NCBI RefSeq assembly: GCF_009914755.1
Contig: NC_060937.1
From: the human T2T-CHM13v2.0 reference genome, Homo sapiens
Reading direction: 5' to 3' (one strand)
DNA length: 64,000 nt
Every line of letters starts with the position of its first letter. Position 1 is the first letter of the stretch. The notes under the pieces were generated by a model. The model had not been told where the DNA came from, searched no databases, and worked only from the letters and a program-made list of their open reading frames with translations. Position numbers and translations under genes: made by a program. Below, in pieces: positions 12,701 through 28,100 of this stretch.

Positions 12701-15700
12701 ATGAAAGTACATCAAATATAGATTATATACTGTACATAAAATATCAATGTACCCCAAATATATATTTTATACTCTACATGAAATATCAAATTTCACAAAC
12801 CATATATTATATACTGTACATAAAATATCAAAGTACCCAAGGTATATATTCTATACTGTACAAAAAATATCAAAGTACCCAAAACATGTATTATATACTG
12901 TACATAAAATATGAAAGTACATCAAATATATATTTTATTCTGTACATAAAATAATAAAGTACACCAGATATATATTCTATAGTGTACATAAAATATCAAA
13001 GTACCCAAACTATACATTATATACTGTACATAAAATATGAGATTACATCAAATATATATTATATTAGGTACATAAAATATGAAAGTACATCAAATATAGA
13101 TTATATACTGTACATAAAATGTCAAAGTAGCCCAAATATATATTATATACTCTACATGAAATATCAAAGTTCACAAACTATATATTATATACTGTACATA
13201 AAATATCAAAGTACCCAAGGTATATATTCTATACTGTACAAAAAATATCAAAGTACCCAAAGCATGTATTATATACTGTATATAAAATATGAAAGTACAT
13301 TAAATATATATTTTATTCTGTACATAAAATATCAAATTACACCAGATATATATTCTATAGTGTACATAAAATAACAAAGTACACAAACTATAAATTATAT
13401 ACTGTACATAAAATATGAAATTACATCAAATATATATTAGGTACATAAAATATGAAAGTACATCAAATATAGTTTATATACTGTACATATATCAATGTAC
13501 CCCAAATATATATTTTATACTCTACATGAAATATCAAAGTTCACAAACCATACATTATATACTGTACATAAAATATCAAAGTACCCAAGGTATATATTCT
13601 ATACTGTACGAAAAATATCAAAGTTCCCAAAGGATGTATCATACACTGTACATAAAATAAGAAAGTACATCAAATATATATTTTATTCTGTACATAAAAT
13701 ATCAAAGTACAACAGATATATATTCTATAGTGTACATAAAATATCAAAGTACCCAAACTATACATTATATACTGTACATAAAATATGAAATTACATCAAA
13801 TATATATTAGGTACATAAAATATGAAAGTACATCAAATATAGGTTATATACTGTACATAAAATATCAAAGTACACCAAATATATATTATATACTCTACAT
13901 GAAATATCAAAGTTCACAAACTATATATTATATACTGTACATAAAATATCAAAGTACCAAAGGTATATATTCTATACTGTACAAAAGATATCAAAGTACC
14001 CAAAGCATGTATTATATACTGTACATAAAATATGAAAGTACATCAAATATATATTTTATTCTGTACATAAAATATCAAAGTACACCAGATATATATTCTA
14101 TAGTGTACATAAAATATCAAAGTACCCAAACTATTTATTATATACTGTACATAAAATATGAAATTACATCAAATATATATTATATTAGGTACATAAAATA
14201 TGAACGTACATCAAATATAGATTATATGCTGTATATTAAATACCAAAGTACCCCAAATATATATTTTATACTGTACATGAAATCTCAAAGTTCACACACT
14301 ATATATTATATACTGTACATAAAATATCAAAGTACCCAAGGTATATATTCTATACTGTACAAAAAATATCAAAGTACCCAAAGCACGTATTATATACTGT
14401 ACATAAAATATGAAAGTACATCATATATATATTTTATTCTGTACATAAAATATCAATGTACACCAGATATATATTCTATAGTGTACATAAAATATCAAAG
14501 TACCCAAACTATACATTATATACTGTACATAATATATGAGATTACATCAAATATATATTATATTAGGTAGAAAAAATATGAAAGTACATCAAATATAGAT
14601 TATATACTGTACATAAAATATCAAAGTACACCAAATATATATTATATACTCTACATGAAATATCAAAGTTCACAAACTATATATTATATACTGTACATAA
14701 AATATCAAAGTACCCAAGGTATATATTCTATACTGTACAAAAAATATCAAAGTACGCAAAGCATGTATTATATACTGTACATAAAATACGAAAGTACATT
14801 AAATATATATTTTATTCTTTACATAAACTATCAAAGTACACCAGATATATATTCTATAGTGTACATAAAATAACAAAGTACACAAACTATAAATTATATG
14901 CTGTACATAAAATATGAAATTACATCAAATATATATTAGGTAAATAAAATATGAAAGTACATCAAATATATATTTTATTCTGTACATAAAATATCAAAGT
15001 ACACCAGATATATATTCTATAGTGTACATAAAATATCAAAGTACCCAAACTATACATTATATACTGTACATAAAATATGAAAATACATCAAATATATTTT
15101 ATATTAGGTACATAAAATATGAAAGTACATCAAATATAGATTATATACTGTACATAAAATATCAAAGTACCCCAAATATATATTATATACTCTACATGAA
15201 ATATCAAAGTTCACAAACTATATATTATATACTGTACATAAAATATCAAAGTCCCCAAGGTATATATTCCATACTGCACAAAAAATATCAAAGTACCCAA
15301 AGCATGTATTATAAACTGTACATAAAATATGAAAGTACATCAAATATATATTTTATTCTGTACATAAAATATCAAAGTACACCAGATATATATTCTATAG
15401 TGTAGATAAAATATCAAAGTACCCAAACTATACATTATATACTGTACATAAAATATGAAATTACATCAAATATATATTAGGTCCATAAAATATGAAAGTA
15501 CATCTAATATAGATTATATACTGTACATAAAATATCAATGTACCCCAAATATATATTTTATACTCTACATGAAATATCAAGGTTCAGAAACCATATATGG
15601 TATACTGTACATAAAATATCAAAATACCCAAGGTATATATTCTATACTGTACAAAAAATATCAAAGTACCCAAAGAATGTATTATACACTGTACATAAAA

Positions 15701-15789
15701 TATGAAAGTAGATCAAATATATATTTTATTCTGTACATAAAATATCAAAGTACACCAGTTATATATTCTATAGTGTACATAAAATATCA

Positions 15790-18700
15790 AAGTACCCAAA
15801 CTATACATTATATACTGTACATAAAATATGAGATTACATCAAATATATATTATATTAGGTACAAAAAATATGAAAGTACATCAAATATAGATTATATACT
15901 GTACATAAAATATCAAAGTACCCCAAATATATATTATATACTCTACATGAAATATCAAAGTTCACAAACTATATATTATATACTGTACATAAAATATCAA
16001 AGTACCCAACGTATATATTCTATACTGTACAAAAAATATCAAAGTACGCAAAGCATGTATTATATACTGTATATAAAATATGAAAGTACATTAAATATAT
16101 ATTTTATTCTGTACATAAAATATCAAAGTACACCAGATATATATTCTATAGTGTACATAAAATAACAAAGTACACAAACTATAAATTATATACTGTACAT
16201 AAAATATGAAATTACATCAAATATATATTAGGTAAATAAAATATGAAAGTAAATGAAATATAGATTATATACTGTACATATAATATCAATGTACCACAAA
16301 TATATATTTTATACTCTACATGAAATATCAAAGTTCACAAACCATATATTATATACTGTACATAAAATATCAAAGTACCCAAGGTATATATTCTATACTG
16401 TACAAAAAATATCAAAGTACCCAAAGCATGTATTATATACTGTACATAAAATATGAAAGTACATCAAATATATATTTTATTCTGTACATAAAATATCAAA
16501 GTACACCAGATATATATTCTATAGTGTACATAAAATATCAAAGTACCCAAACTATACATTATATACGGTACATAAAATATGAAATTACATCAAATATATT
16601 TTATATTAGGTACATAAAATATGAAAGTACATCAAATATAGATTATATACTGTACATAAAATATCAAAGTACCCCAAATATATATTATATACTCTACATG
16701 AAATATCAAAGTTCACAAACTATATATTATATACTGTACATAAAATATCAAAGTACCCAAGGTATATATTCTATACTGCACAAAAAATATCAAAGTACCC
16801 AAAGCATGTATTATAAACTGTACATAAAATATGAAAGTACATCAAATATATATTTTATTCTGTACATAAAATATCAAAGTACACCAGATATATATTCTAT
16901 AGTGTACATAAAATATCAAAGTACCCAAACTATACATTATATACTGTACATAAAATATGAAATTACATCAAATATATATTAGGTACATAAAATATGAAAG
17001 TACATCTAATATAGATTATATACTGTACATAAAATATCAATGTACCCCAAATATATATTTTATACTCTACATGAAATATCAAAGTTCAGAAACCATATAT
17101 TGTGTACTGTACATAAAATATCAAAATACCCAAGGTATATATTCTATACTGTACAAAAAATATCAAAGTACCCAAAGCATGTATTATATACTGTACATAA
17201 AATATGAAAGTACATCAAATATATATTTTACTCTGTACAGAAAATATCAAAGTACACCAGTTATATATTCTATAGTGTACATAAAATATCAAAGTACCCA
17301 AGCTATACATTATATACTGTACATAAAATATGAGATTACATCAAATATATATTATATTAGGTACAAAAAATATGAAAGTACATCAAATATAGATTATATA
17401 CTGTACATAAAATATCAAAGTACACCAAATATATATTATATACTCTACATGAAATATCAAAGTTCACAAACTATATATTATATACTGTACATAAAATATC
17501 AAAGAACCCAAGGTATATATTCTATACTGTACAAAAAATATCAAAGTACGCAAAGCATGTATTATATACTGTATATAAAATATGAAAGTACATTAAATAT
17601 ATATTTTATTCTGTACATAAAATATCAAAGTACACCAGATATATATTCTATAGTGTACATAAAATAACAAAGTACACAAACTATAAATTATATACTGTAC
17701 ATAAAATATGAAATTACATCAAATATATATTAGGTAAATAAAATATGAAAGCACATCAAATATAGATTATATACTGTACATATAATATCAATGTACCCCA
17801 AATATATATTTTATACTCTACATGAAATATCAAAGTTCACAAACCATATATTATATACTGTACATAAAATATCAAAGTACCCAAGGTATATATTCTATAC
17901 TGTACAAAAAATATCAAAGTACCCAAAGCATGCATTATATACTGTACATAAAATATGAAAGTACATCAAATATGTATTTTATTCTGTACATAAAATATCA
18001 AAGTACACCAGATATATATTCTATAGTGTACATAAAATATCAAAGTACCCAAACTATACATTATATACTGTACATAAAATATGAAATTACATCAAATATA
18101 TTTTATATTAGGTACATAAAATATGAAAGTACATCAAATATAGATTATATACTGTACATAAAATATCAAAGTACCCCAAATATATATTATATACTCTACA
18201 TGAAATATCAAAGTTCACAAACTATATATTATATACTGTACATAAAATATCAAAGTACCCAAGGTATATATTCTATAATGTACAAAAAATATCAAAGTAC
18301 CAAAGGCGTGTATTATATACTGTATATAAAATATGAAATTACATCAAATATATATTTTATTCTGTACATAAAATATCAAAGTACACCAGATATATATTCT
18401 GTAGTGTACATAAAATATCAAAGTACCCAAACTACACATTATATACTGTACATAAAATATGAAATTACATCAAATATATATTATATTAGGTACATAAAAT
18501 ACGAAAGTACATCAAATATAGATTATATACTGTCCATAAAATACCAAAGTACCCCAATATATATTATACACTCTACATGAAATATCAAAGACCACAAACT
18601 ATATATTATATACTGTACATAAAATATCAAAGTACCCAAGGTATATATTCTATACTGTACAAAAAATATCAAATTACCCAAAGCATGCATTATATACTGT

Positions 18701-21700
18701 ATATAAAATATGAAAGTACATCAAATATATATTTTATTCTGTACATAAAATATCAAAGTACACCAGATATATATTCTATAGTGTACATAAAATAACAAAG
18801 TACAAAAACTATAAATTATATACTGTACATAAAATATGAAATTACATCAAATACATATTAGGTACATAAAAAATGAAAGTACATCAAATATAGATTATAT
18901 ACTGTACAAAAAATATCAATGTACCCCAAACATATATTTTATACTCTACATGAAATATCAAAGTTCACAAACCATATATTATATACTGTACATAAAATAT
19001 CAAAGTACCCAAGGTATATATTCTATACTGTACAAAAAATATCAAAGTACCCAAAGCATGTATTATATACTGTACATAAAATATGAAAGTATATCAAATA
19101 TGTATTTTATTCTGTACATAAAATATCAAAGTACACCAGATATACATTCTATAGTGTACATAAAATATCAAAGTACCCAAACTATACATTATATACTGTA
19201 CATAAAATATGAAATTACATCAAATATATTTTATATTAGGTACATAAAATATGAAAGTACATCAAATATAGATTATATACTGTACATTAAATAACAAAGT
19301 ACCCCAAATATACATTTTATACTGTACATGAAATATCAAAGTTCACAAACTATATATTATATACTGTACATATAATATCAAAGTACCCGAGGTATATATT
19401 CTATACTGTACAAAAAATAACAAAGTACCAAAAGCATGTATTATATACTGTACCTAAAATATGAAAGTACATCAAATATATATTTTATTCTGTACATAAA
19501 ATATCAAAGTACACAAGGTATATATTCTATACTGTACAACAAATATCAAAGTACCCAAAGCATGTATTATATACTGTACATAAAATATGAAAGTACATCA
19601 AATATATATTTTATTCTGTACATAAAATATCAAAGTACACCTGATATATATTCTATAGTGTACATAAAATAACAAAGTACACAAACTATAAATTATATAC
19701 TGTACATAAAATATGAAATTACATCAAATATATATTAGCTACATAAAATATGAAAGTACATCAAATATAGATTATATACTGTACATAAAATATCAATGTA
19801 CCCCAAATATATATTTTATACTCTACATGAAATATCAAAGTTCACAAACTATATATTATACACTGTACATAAAATATCAAAGTACCCAAGGTATATATTC
19901 TATACTATACAAAAAATATCAAATTACCCAAAGCATGTATTATATACTGTACATAAAATATGAAAGTACATCAAATATATATTTTATTCTGTACATAAAA
20001 TATCAAAGTACACCAGATATATATTCTATAGTGTACATAAAATATCAAAGTACCCAAACTATACATTATATACTGTACATAAAATATGAGATTACATCAA
20101 ATATATGTTAGGTACATGAAATATGAAAGTACATCTAATATAGATTATATACTGTACATAAAATATCAATGTACCCCAAATATATATTTTATACTCTACA
20201 TGAAATATCAAAGTTCAGAAACCATATATTGTATACTGTACATAAAATATCAAAATACCCAAGGTATATATTCTATACTGTACAAAAAATATCAAAGTAC
20301 CCAAAGCATGTATTATATACTGTACATAAAATATGAAAGTACATCAAATATAGATTATATACTGTACATAAAATATCAAAGTACCCCAAATATATATTAT
20401 ATACTCTACATGAAATATCAAAGTTCACAAACTATATATTATATACTGTACATAAAATATCAAAGTACCCAAGGTATATATTCTATACTGCACAAAAAAT
20501 ATCAAAGTACCCAAAGCATGTATTATAAACTGTACATAAAATATGAAAGTACATCAAATATATATTTTATTCTGTACATAAAATATAAAAGTACACCAGA
20601 TATATATTCTATAGTGTACATAAAATATCAAAGTACCCAAACTATACATTATATACTGTACATAAAATATGACATTACATCAAATATATATTAGGTACAT
20701 AAAATATGAAAGTACATCTAATATAGATTATATACTGTACATAAAATATCAATGTACCCCAAATATATATTTTATACTCTACACGAAATATCAAAGTTCA
20801 GAAAGCATATATTGTATACTGTACATAAAATATCAAAATACCCAAGGTATATATTCTATACTGTACAAAAAATATCAAAGTACCCAAAGCATGTATTATA
20901 TACTGTACATAAAATATGAAAGTACATCAAATATATATTTTATTCTGTACATAAAATATCAAAGTACACAAGTTATATATTCTATAGTGTACATAAAATA
21001 TCAAAGTACCCAAACTATACATTATATACTGTACATAAAATATGAGATTACATCAAATATATATTATATTAGGTACAAAAAATATGAAAGTACATCAAAT
21101 ATAGATTATATACTGTACATAAAATATCAAAGTACCCCAAATATATATTATATACTCTACATGAAATATCAAAGTTCACAAACTATATATTATATACTGT
21201 ACATAAAATATCAAAGTACCCAACGTATATATTCTATACTGTACAAAAAATATCAAAGTACGCAAAGCATGTATTATATACTGTATATAAAATATGAAAG
21301 TACATTAAATATATATTTTATTCTGTACATAAAATATCAAAGTACACCAGATATATATTCTATAGTGTACATAAAATAACAAAGTACACAAACTATAAAT
21401 TATATACTGTACATAAAATATGAAATTACATCAAATATATATTAGGTAAATAAAATATGAAAGTAAATGAAATATAGATTATATACTGTACATATAATAT
21501 CAATGTACCACAAATATATATTTTATACTCTACATGAAATATCAAAGTTCACAAACCATATATTATATACTGTACATAAAATATAAAGGACCCAAGGTAT
21601 ATATTCTATACTGTACAAAAAATATCAAAGTACCCAAAGCATGTATTATATACTGTACATAAAATATGAAAGTACATCAAATATATATTTTATTCTGTAC

Positions 21701-24700
21701 ATAAAATATCAAAGTACACCAGATATATATTCTATAGTGTACATAAAATATCAAAGTACCCAAACTATACATTATATACGGTACATAAAATATGAAATTA
21801 CATCAAATATATTTTATATTAGGTACATAAAATATGAAAGTACATCAAATATAGATTATATACTGTACATAAAATATCAAAGTACCCCAAATATATATTA
21901 TATACTCTACATGAAATATCAAAGTTCACAAACTATATATTATATACTGTACATAAAATATCAAAGTACCCAAGGTATATATTCTATACTGTACAAAAAA
22001 TATCAAAGTACCCAAAGCATGTATTATAAACTGTACGTAAAATATGAAAGTACATCAAATATATATTTTATTCTGTACATAAAATATCAAAGTACACCAG
22101 ATATATATTCTATAGTGTACATAAAATATCAAAGTACCCAAACTATACATTATATACTGTACATAAAATATGAAATTACATCAAATATATATTAGGTACA
22201 TAAAATATGAAAGTACATCTAATATAGATTATATACTGTACATAAAATATCAATGTACCCCAAATATATATTTTATACTCTACATGAAATATCAAAGTTC
22301 AGAAACCATATATTGTATACTGTACATAAAATATCAAAATACCCAAGGTATATATTCTATACTGTACAAAAAATATCAAAGTACCCAAAGCATGTATTAT
22401 ATACTGTACATAAAATATGAAAGTACATCAAATATATATTTTACTCTGTACAGAAAATATCAAAGTACACCAGTTATATATTCTATAGTGTACATAAAAT
22501 ATCAAAGTACCCAAGCTATACATTATATACTGTACATAAAATATGAGATTACATCAAATATATATTATATTAGGTACAAAAAATATGAAAGTACATCAAA
22601 TATAGATTATATACTGTACATAAAATATCAAAGTACACCAAATATATATTATATACTCTACATGAAATATCAAAGTTCACAAACTATATATTATATACTG
22701 TACATAAAATATCAAAGTACCCAAGGTATATATTCTATACTGTACAAAAAATATCAAAGTACGCAAAGCATGTATTATATACTGTATATAAAATATGAAA
22801 GTACATTAAATATATATTTTATTCTGTACATAAAATATCAAAGTACACCAGATATATATTCTATAGTGTACATAAAATAACAAAGTACACAAACTATAAA
22901 TTATATACTGTACATAAAATATGAAATTACATCAAATATATATTAGGTAAATAAAATATGAAAGCACATCAAATATAGATTATATACTGTACATATAATA
23001 TCAATGTACCCCAAATATATATTTTATACTCTACATGAAATATCAAAGTTCACAAACCATATATTATATACTGTACATAAAATATCAAAGTACCCAAGGT
23101 ATATATTCTATACTGTACAAAAAATATCAAAGTACCCAAAGCATGCATTATATACTGTACATAAAATATGAAAGTACATCAAATATGTATTTTATTCTGT
23201 ACATAAAATATCAAAGTACACCAGATATATATTCTATAGTGTACATAAAATATCAAAGTACCCAAACTATACATTATATACTGTACATAAAATATGAAAT
23301 TACATCAAATATATTTTATATTAGGTACATAAAATATGAAAGTACATCAAATATAGATTATATACTGTACATAAAATATCAAAGTACCCCAAATATATAT
23401 TATATACTCTACATGAAATATCAAAGTTCACAAACTATATATTATATACTGTACATAAAATATCAAAGTACCCAAGGTATATATTCTATAATGTACAAAA
23501 AATATCAAAGTACCAAAGGCGTGTATTATATACTGTATATAAAATATGAAATTACATCAAATATATATTTTATTCTGTACATAAAATATCAAAGTACACC
23601 AGATATATATTCTGTAGTGTACATAAAATATCAAAGTACCCAAACTACACATTATGTACTGTACATAAAATATGAAATTACATCAAATATATATTATATT
23701 AGGTACATAAAATACGAAAGTACATCAAATATAGATTATATACTGTCCATAACATACCAAAGTACCCCAATATATATTATACACTCTACATGAAATATCA
23801 AAGACCACAAACTATATATTATATACTGTACATAAAATATCAAAGTACCCAAGGTATATATTCTATACTGTACAAAAAATATCAAATTACCCAAAGCATG
23901 CATTATATACTGTATATAAAATATGAAAGTACATCAAATATATATTTTATTCTGTACATAAAATATCAAAGTACACCAGATATATATTCTATAGTGTACA
24001 TAAAATAACAAAGTACAAAAACTATAAATTATATACTGTACATAAAATATGAAATTACATCAAATACATATTAGGTACATAAAAAATGAAAGTACATCAA
24101 ATATAGATTATATACTGTACAAAAAATATCAATGTACCCCAAACATATATTTTATACTCTACATGAAATATCAAAGTTCACAAACCATATATTATATACT
24201 GTACATAAAATATCAAAGTACCCAAGGTATATATTCTATACTGTACAAAAAATATCAAAGTACCCAAAGCATGTATTATATACTGTACATAAAATATGAA
24301 AGTATATCAAATATGTATTTTATTCTGTACATAAAATATCAAAGTACACCAGATATACATTCTATAGTGTACATAAAATATCAAAGTACCCAAACTATAC
24401 ATTATATACTGTACATAAAATATGAAATTACATCAAATATATTTTATATTAGGTACATAAAATATGAAAGTACATCAAATATAGATTATATACTGTACAT
24501 TAAATAACAAAGTACCCCAAATATACATTTTATACTGTACATGAAATATCAAAGTTCACAAACTATATATTATATACTGTACATATAATATCAAAGTACC
24601 CGAGGTATATATTCTATACTGTACAAAAAATAACAAAGTACCAAAAGCATGTATTATATACTGTACCTAAAATATGAAAGTACATCAAATATATATTTTA

Positions 24701-26650
24701 TTCTGTACATAAAATATCAAAGTACACAAGGTATATATTCTATACTGTACAACAAATATCAAAGTACCCAAAGCATGTATTATATACTGTACATAAAATA
24801 TGAAAGTACATCAAATATATATTTTATTCTGTACATAAAATATCAAAGTACACCTGATATATATTCTATAGTGTACATAAAATAACAAAGTACACAAACT
24901 ATAAATTATATACTGTACATAAAATATGAAATTACATCAAATATATATTAGCTACATAAAATATGAAAGTACATCAAATATAGATTATATACTGTACATA
25001 AAATATCAATGTACCCCAAATATATATTTTATACTCTACATGAAATATCAAAGTTCACAAACTATATATTATACACTGTACATAAAATATCAAAGTACCC
25101 AAGGTATATATTCTATACTATACAAAAAATATCAAATTACCCAAAGCATGTATTATATACTGTACATGAAATATGAAAGTACATCAAATATATATTTTAT
25201 TCTGTACATAAAATATCAAAGTACACCAGATATATATTCTATAGTGTACATAAAATATCAAAGTACCCAAACTATACATTATATACTGTACATAAAATAT
25301 GAGATTACATCAAATATATGTTAGGTACATGAAATATGAAAGTACATCTAATATAGATTATATACTGTACATAAAATATCAATGTACCCCAAATATATAT
25401 TTTATACTCTACATGAAATATCAAAGTTCAGAAACCATATATTGTATACTGTACATAAAATATCAAAATACACAAGGTATATATTCTATACTGTACAAAA
25501 AATATCAAAGTACCCAAAGCATGTATTATATACTGTACATAAAATATGAAAGTACATCAAATATAGATTATATACTGTACATAAAATATCAAAGTACCCC
25601 AAATATATATTATATACTCTACATGAAATATCAAAGTTCACAAACTATATATTATATACTGTACATAAAATATCAAAGTACCCAAGGTATATATTCTATA
25701 CTGCACAAAAAATATCAAAGTACCCAAAGCATGTATTATAAAATGTACATAAAATATGAAAGTACATCAAATATATATTTTATTCTGTACATAAAATATA
25801 AAAGTACACCAGATATATATTCTATAGTGTACATAAAATATCAAAGTACCCAAACTATACATTATATACTGTACATAAAATATGAAATTACATCAAATAT
25901 ATATTAGGTACATAAAATATGAAAGTACATCTAATATAGATTATATACTGTACATAAAATATCAATGTACCCCAAATATATATTTTATACTCTACACGAA
26001 ATATCAAAGTTCAGAAAGCATATATTGTATACTGTACATAAAATATCAAAATACCCAAGGTATATATTCTATACTGTACAAAAAATATCAAAGTACCCAA
26101 AGCATGTATTATATACTGTACATAAAATATGAAAGTACATCAAATATATATTTTATTCTGTACATAAAATATCAAAGTACACAAGTTATATATTCTATAG
26201 TGTACATAAAATATCAAAGTACCCAAACTATACATTATATACTGTACATAAAATATGAGATTACATCAAATATATATTATATTAGGTACAAAAAATATGA
26301 AAGTACATCAAATATAGATTATATACTATACATAAAATATCAAAGTACCCCAAATATATATTATATACTCTACATGAAATATCAAAGTTCACAAACTATA
26401 TATTATATACTGTACATAAAATATCAAAGTACCCAACGTATATATTCTATACTGTACAAAAAATATCAAAGTACGCAAAGCATGTATTATATACTGTATA
26501 TAAAATATGAAAGTACATTAAATATATATTTTATTCTGTACATAAAATATCAAAGTACACCAGATATATATTCTATAGTGTACATAAAATAACAAAGTAC
26601 ACAAACTATAAATTATATACTGTACATAAAATATGAAATTACATCAAATA
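15790..26650 (+). repeat. Near-identical tandem duplication, period 5213-5214 bp (slightly over 2 copies)
   Basis: ORF pairs 16957/22170, 17822/23035, 18577/23790, 18836/24049, 19436/24649, 19713/24926, 20086/25299 and 20669/25882 are all offset by 5213. Private marker CAACGTAT at 16007, 21221, 26434; AAATGAAATATAG at 16251 and 21465. Confidence 0.93.
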
Positions 26651-28100
26651 TATATTAGGTACATAAAATATGAAAGTACATCAAATATAGATTATATACT
26701 GTACATAAAATATCAATGTACCCCAAATATATATTTTATACTCTACATGAAATATCAAAGTTCACAAACCATATATTATATACTGTACATAAAATATCAA
26801 AGTACCCAATGTATATATTCTATACTGTACAAAAAATATCAAAGTACTCAAAGCATGTATTATATACTGTACATAAAATATGAAAGTACATCAAATATAT
26901 ATTTTATTCTGTACATAAAATATCAAAGTACACCAGATATATATTCTATAGTGTACATAAAATATCAAAGTACCCAAACTATGCATTATACACTGTACAT
27001 AAAATATGAAATTACATCAAATATATATTATATTAGGTACATAAAATATGAAAGCACATCAAATATAGATTATATACTGTACATTAAATACCAAAGTACC
27101 CCAAATATATATTTTATACTGTACATCAAATATCAAAGTTCACACACTATATATTATATACTGTACATAAAATATCAAAGTACCCATGGTATATATTCTA
27201 TACTGTACAAAAAATATCAAAGTACCCAAAGCATGTATTATATACTGTACATAAAATATGAAAGTACATCAAATATATATTTTATTCTGTACATAAAATA
27301 TCAAAGTACACCAGAAATATATTCTATAGTGTACATAAAATATAAAAGTACCCAAACTATACATTATATACTGTACATAAAATATGTAATTACATCAAAA
27401 ATATATTATATTAGGTACATAAAATATGAAAGTACATCAAATATAGATTATATACTGTACATAAAATATCAAAGTACCCCAAATATATATTATATACTCT
27501 ACATGAAATATCAAAGTTCACAAACTATATATTATATACTGTACATAAAATATCAAAGTACCCAAGGTATGTATTCTAAACTGTCCAAAAAATATCAAAG
27601 TATCCAAAGCATGTATTATATACTGTATATAAAATATGAAAGTACATTAAATATATATTTTATTCTGTACATAAAATATCAAAGTACACCAGATATATAT
27701 TCTATAGTGTACATAAAATAACAAAGTACACAAACTATAAATTATATACTGTACATAAAATATGAAATTACATCAAATATATACTAGGTACATAAAATAT
27801 GAAAGTACATCAAATATAGATTATATACTGTACATATAATATCAATGTACCCCAAATATATATTTTATACTCTACATGAAATATCAAAGTTCACAAACCA
27901 TACATTATATACTGTACATAAAATATCAAAGTACCCAAGGTATATATTCTACACTGTACAAAAAATATCAAAGTACCCAAAGCATGTATTATATACTGTA
28001 CATAAAATATGAAAGTACATCAAATATATATTTTATTCTGTACATAAAATATCAAAGTACACCAGATATATATTCTATAGTGTACATAAAATATCAAAGT
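26600..28100 (+). repeat. About 1.5-kb block duplicated 5989 bp downstream (copy 1)
   Basis: The 362-aa translations at 26633 and 32622 appear identical; shared rare variants CCAATGTATAT, TATGCATT, CCAGAAAT, ATATGTAATT and TGTATTCTAAACTGTCCA. Confidence 0.88.
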
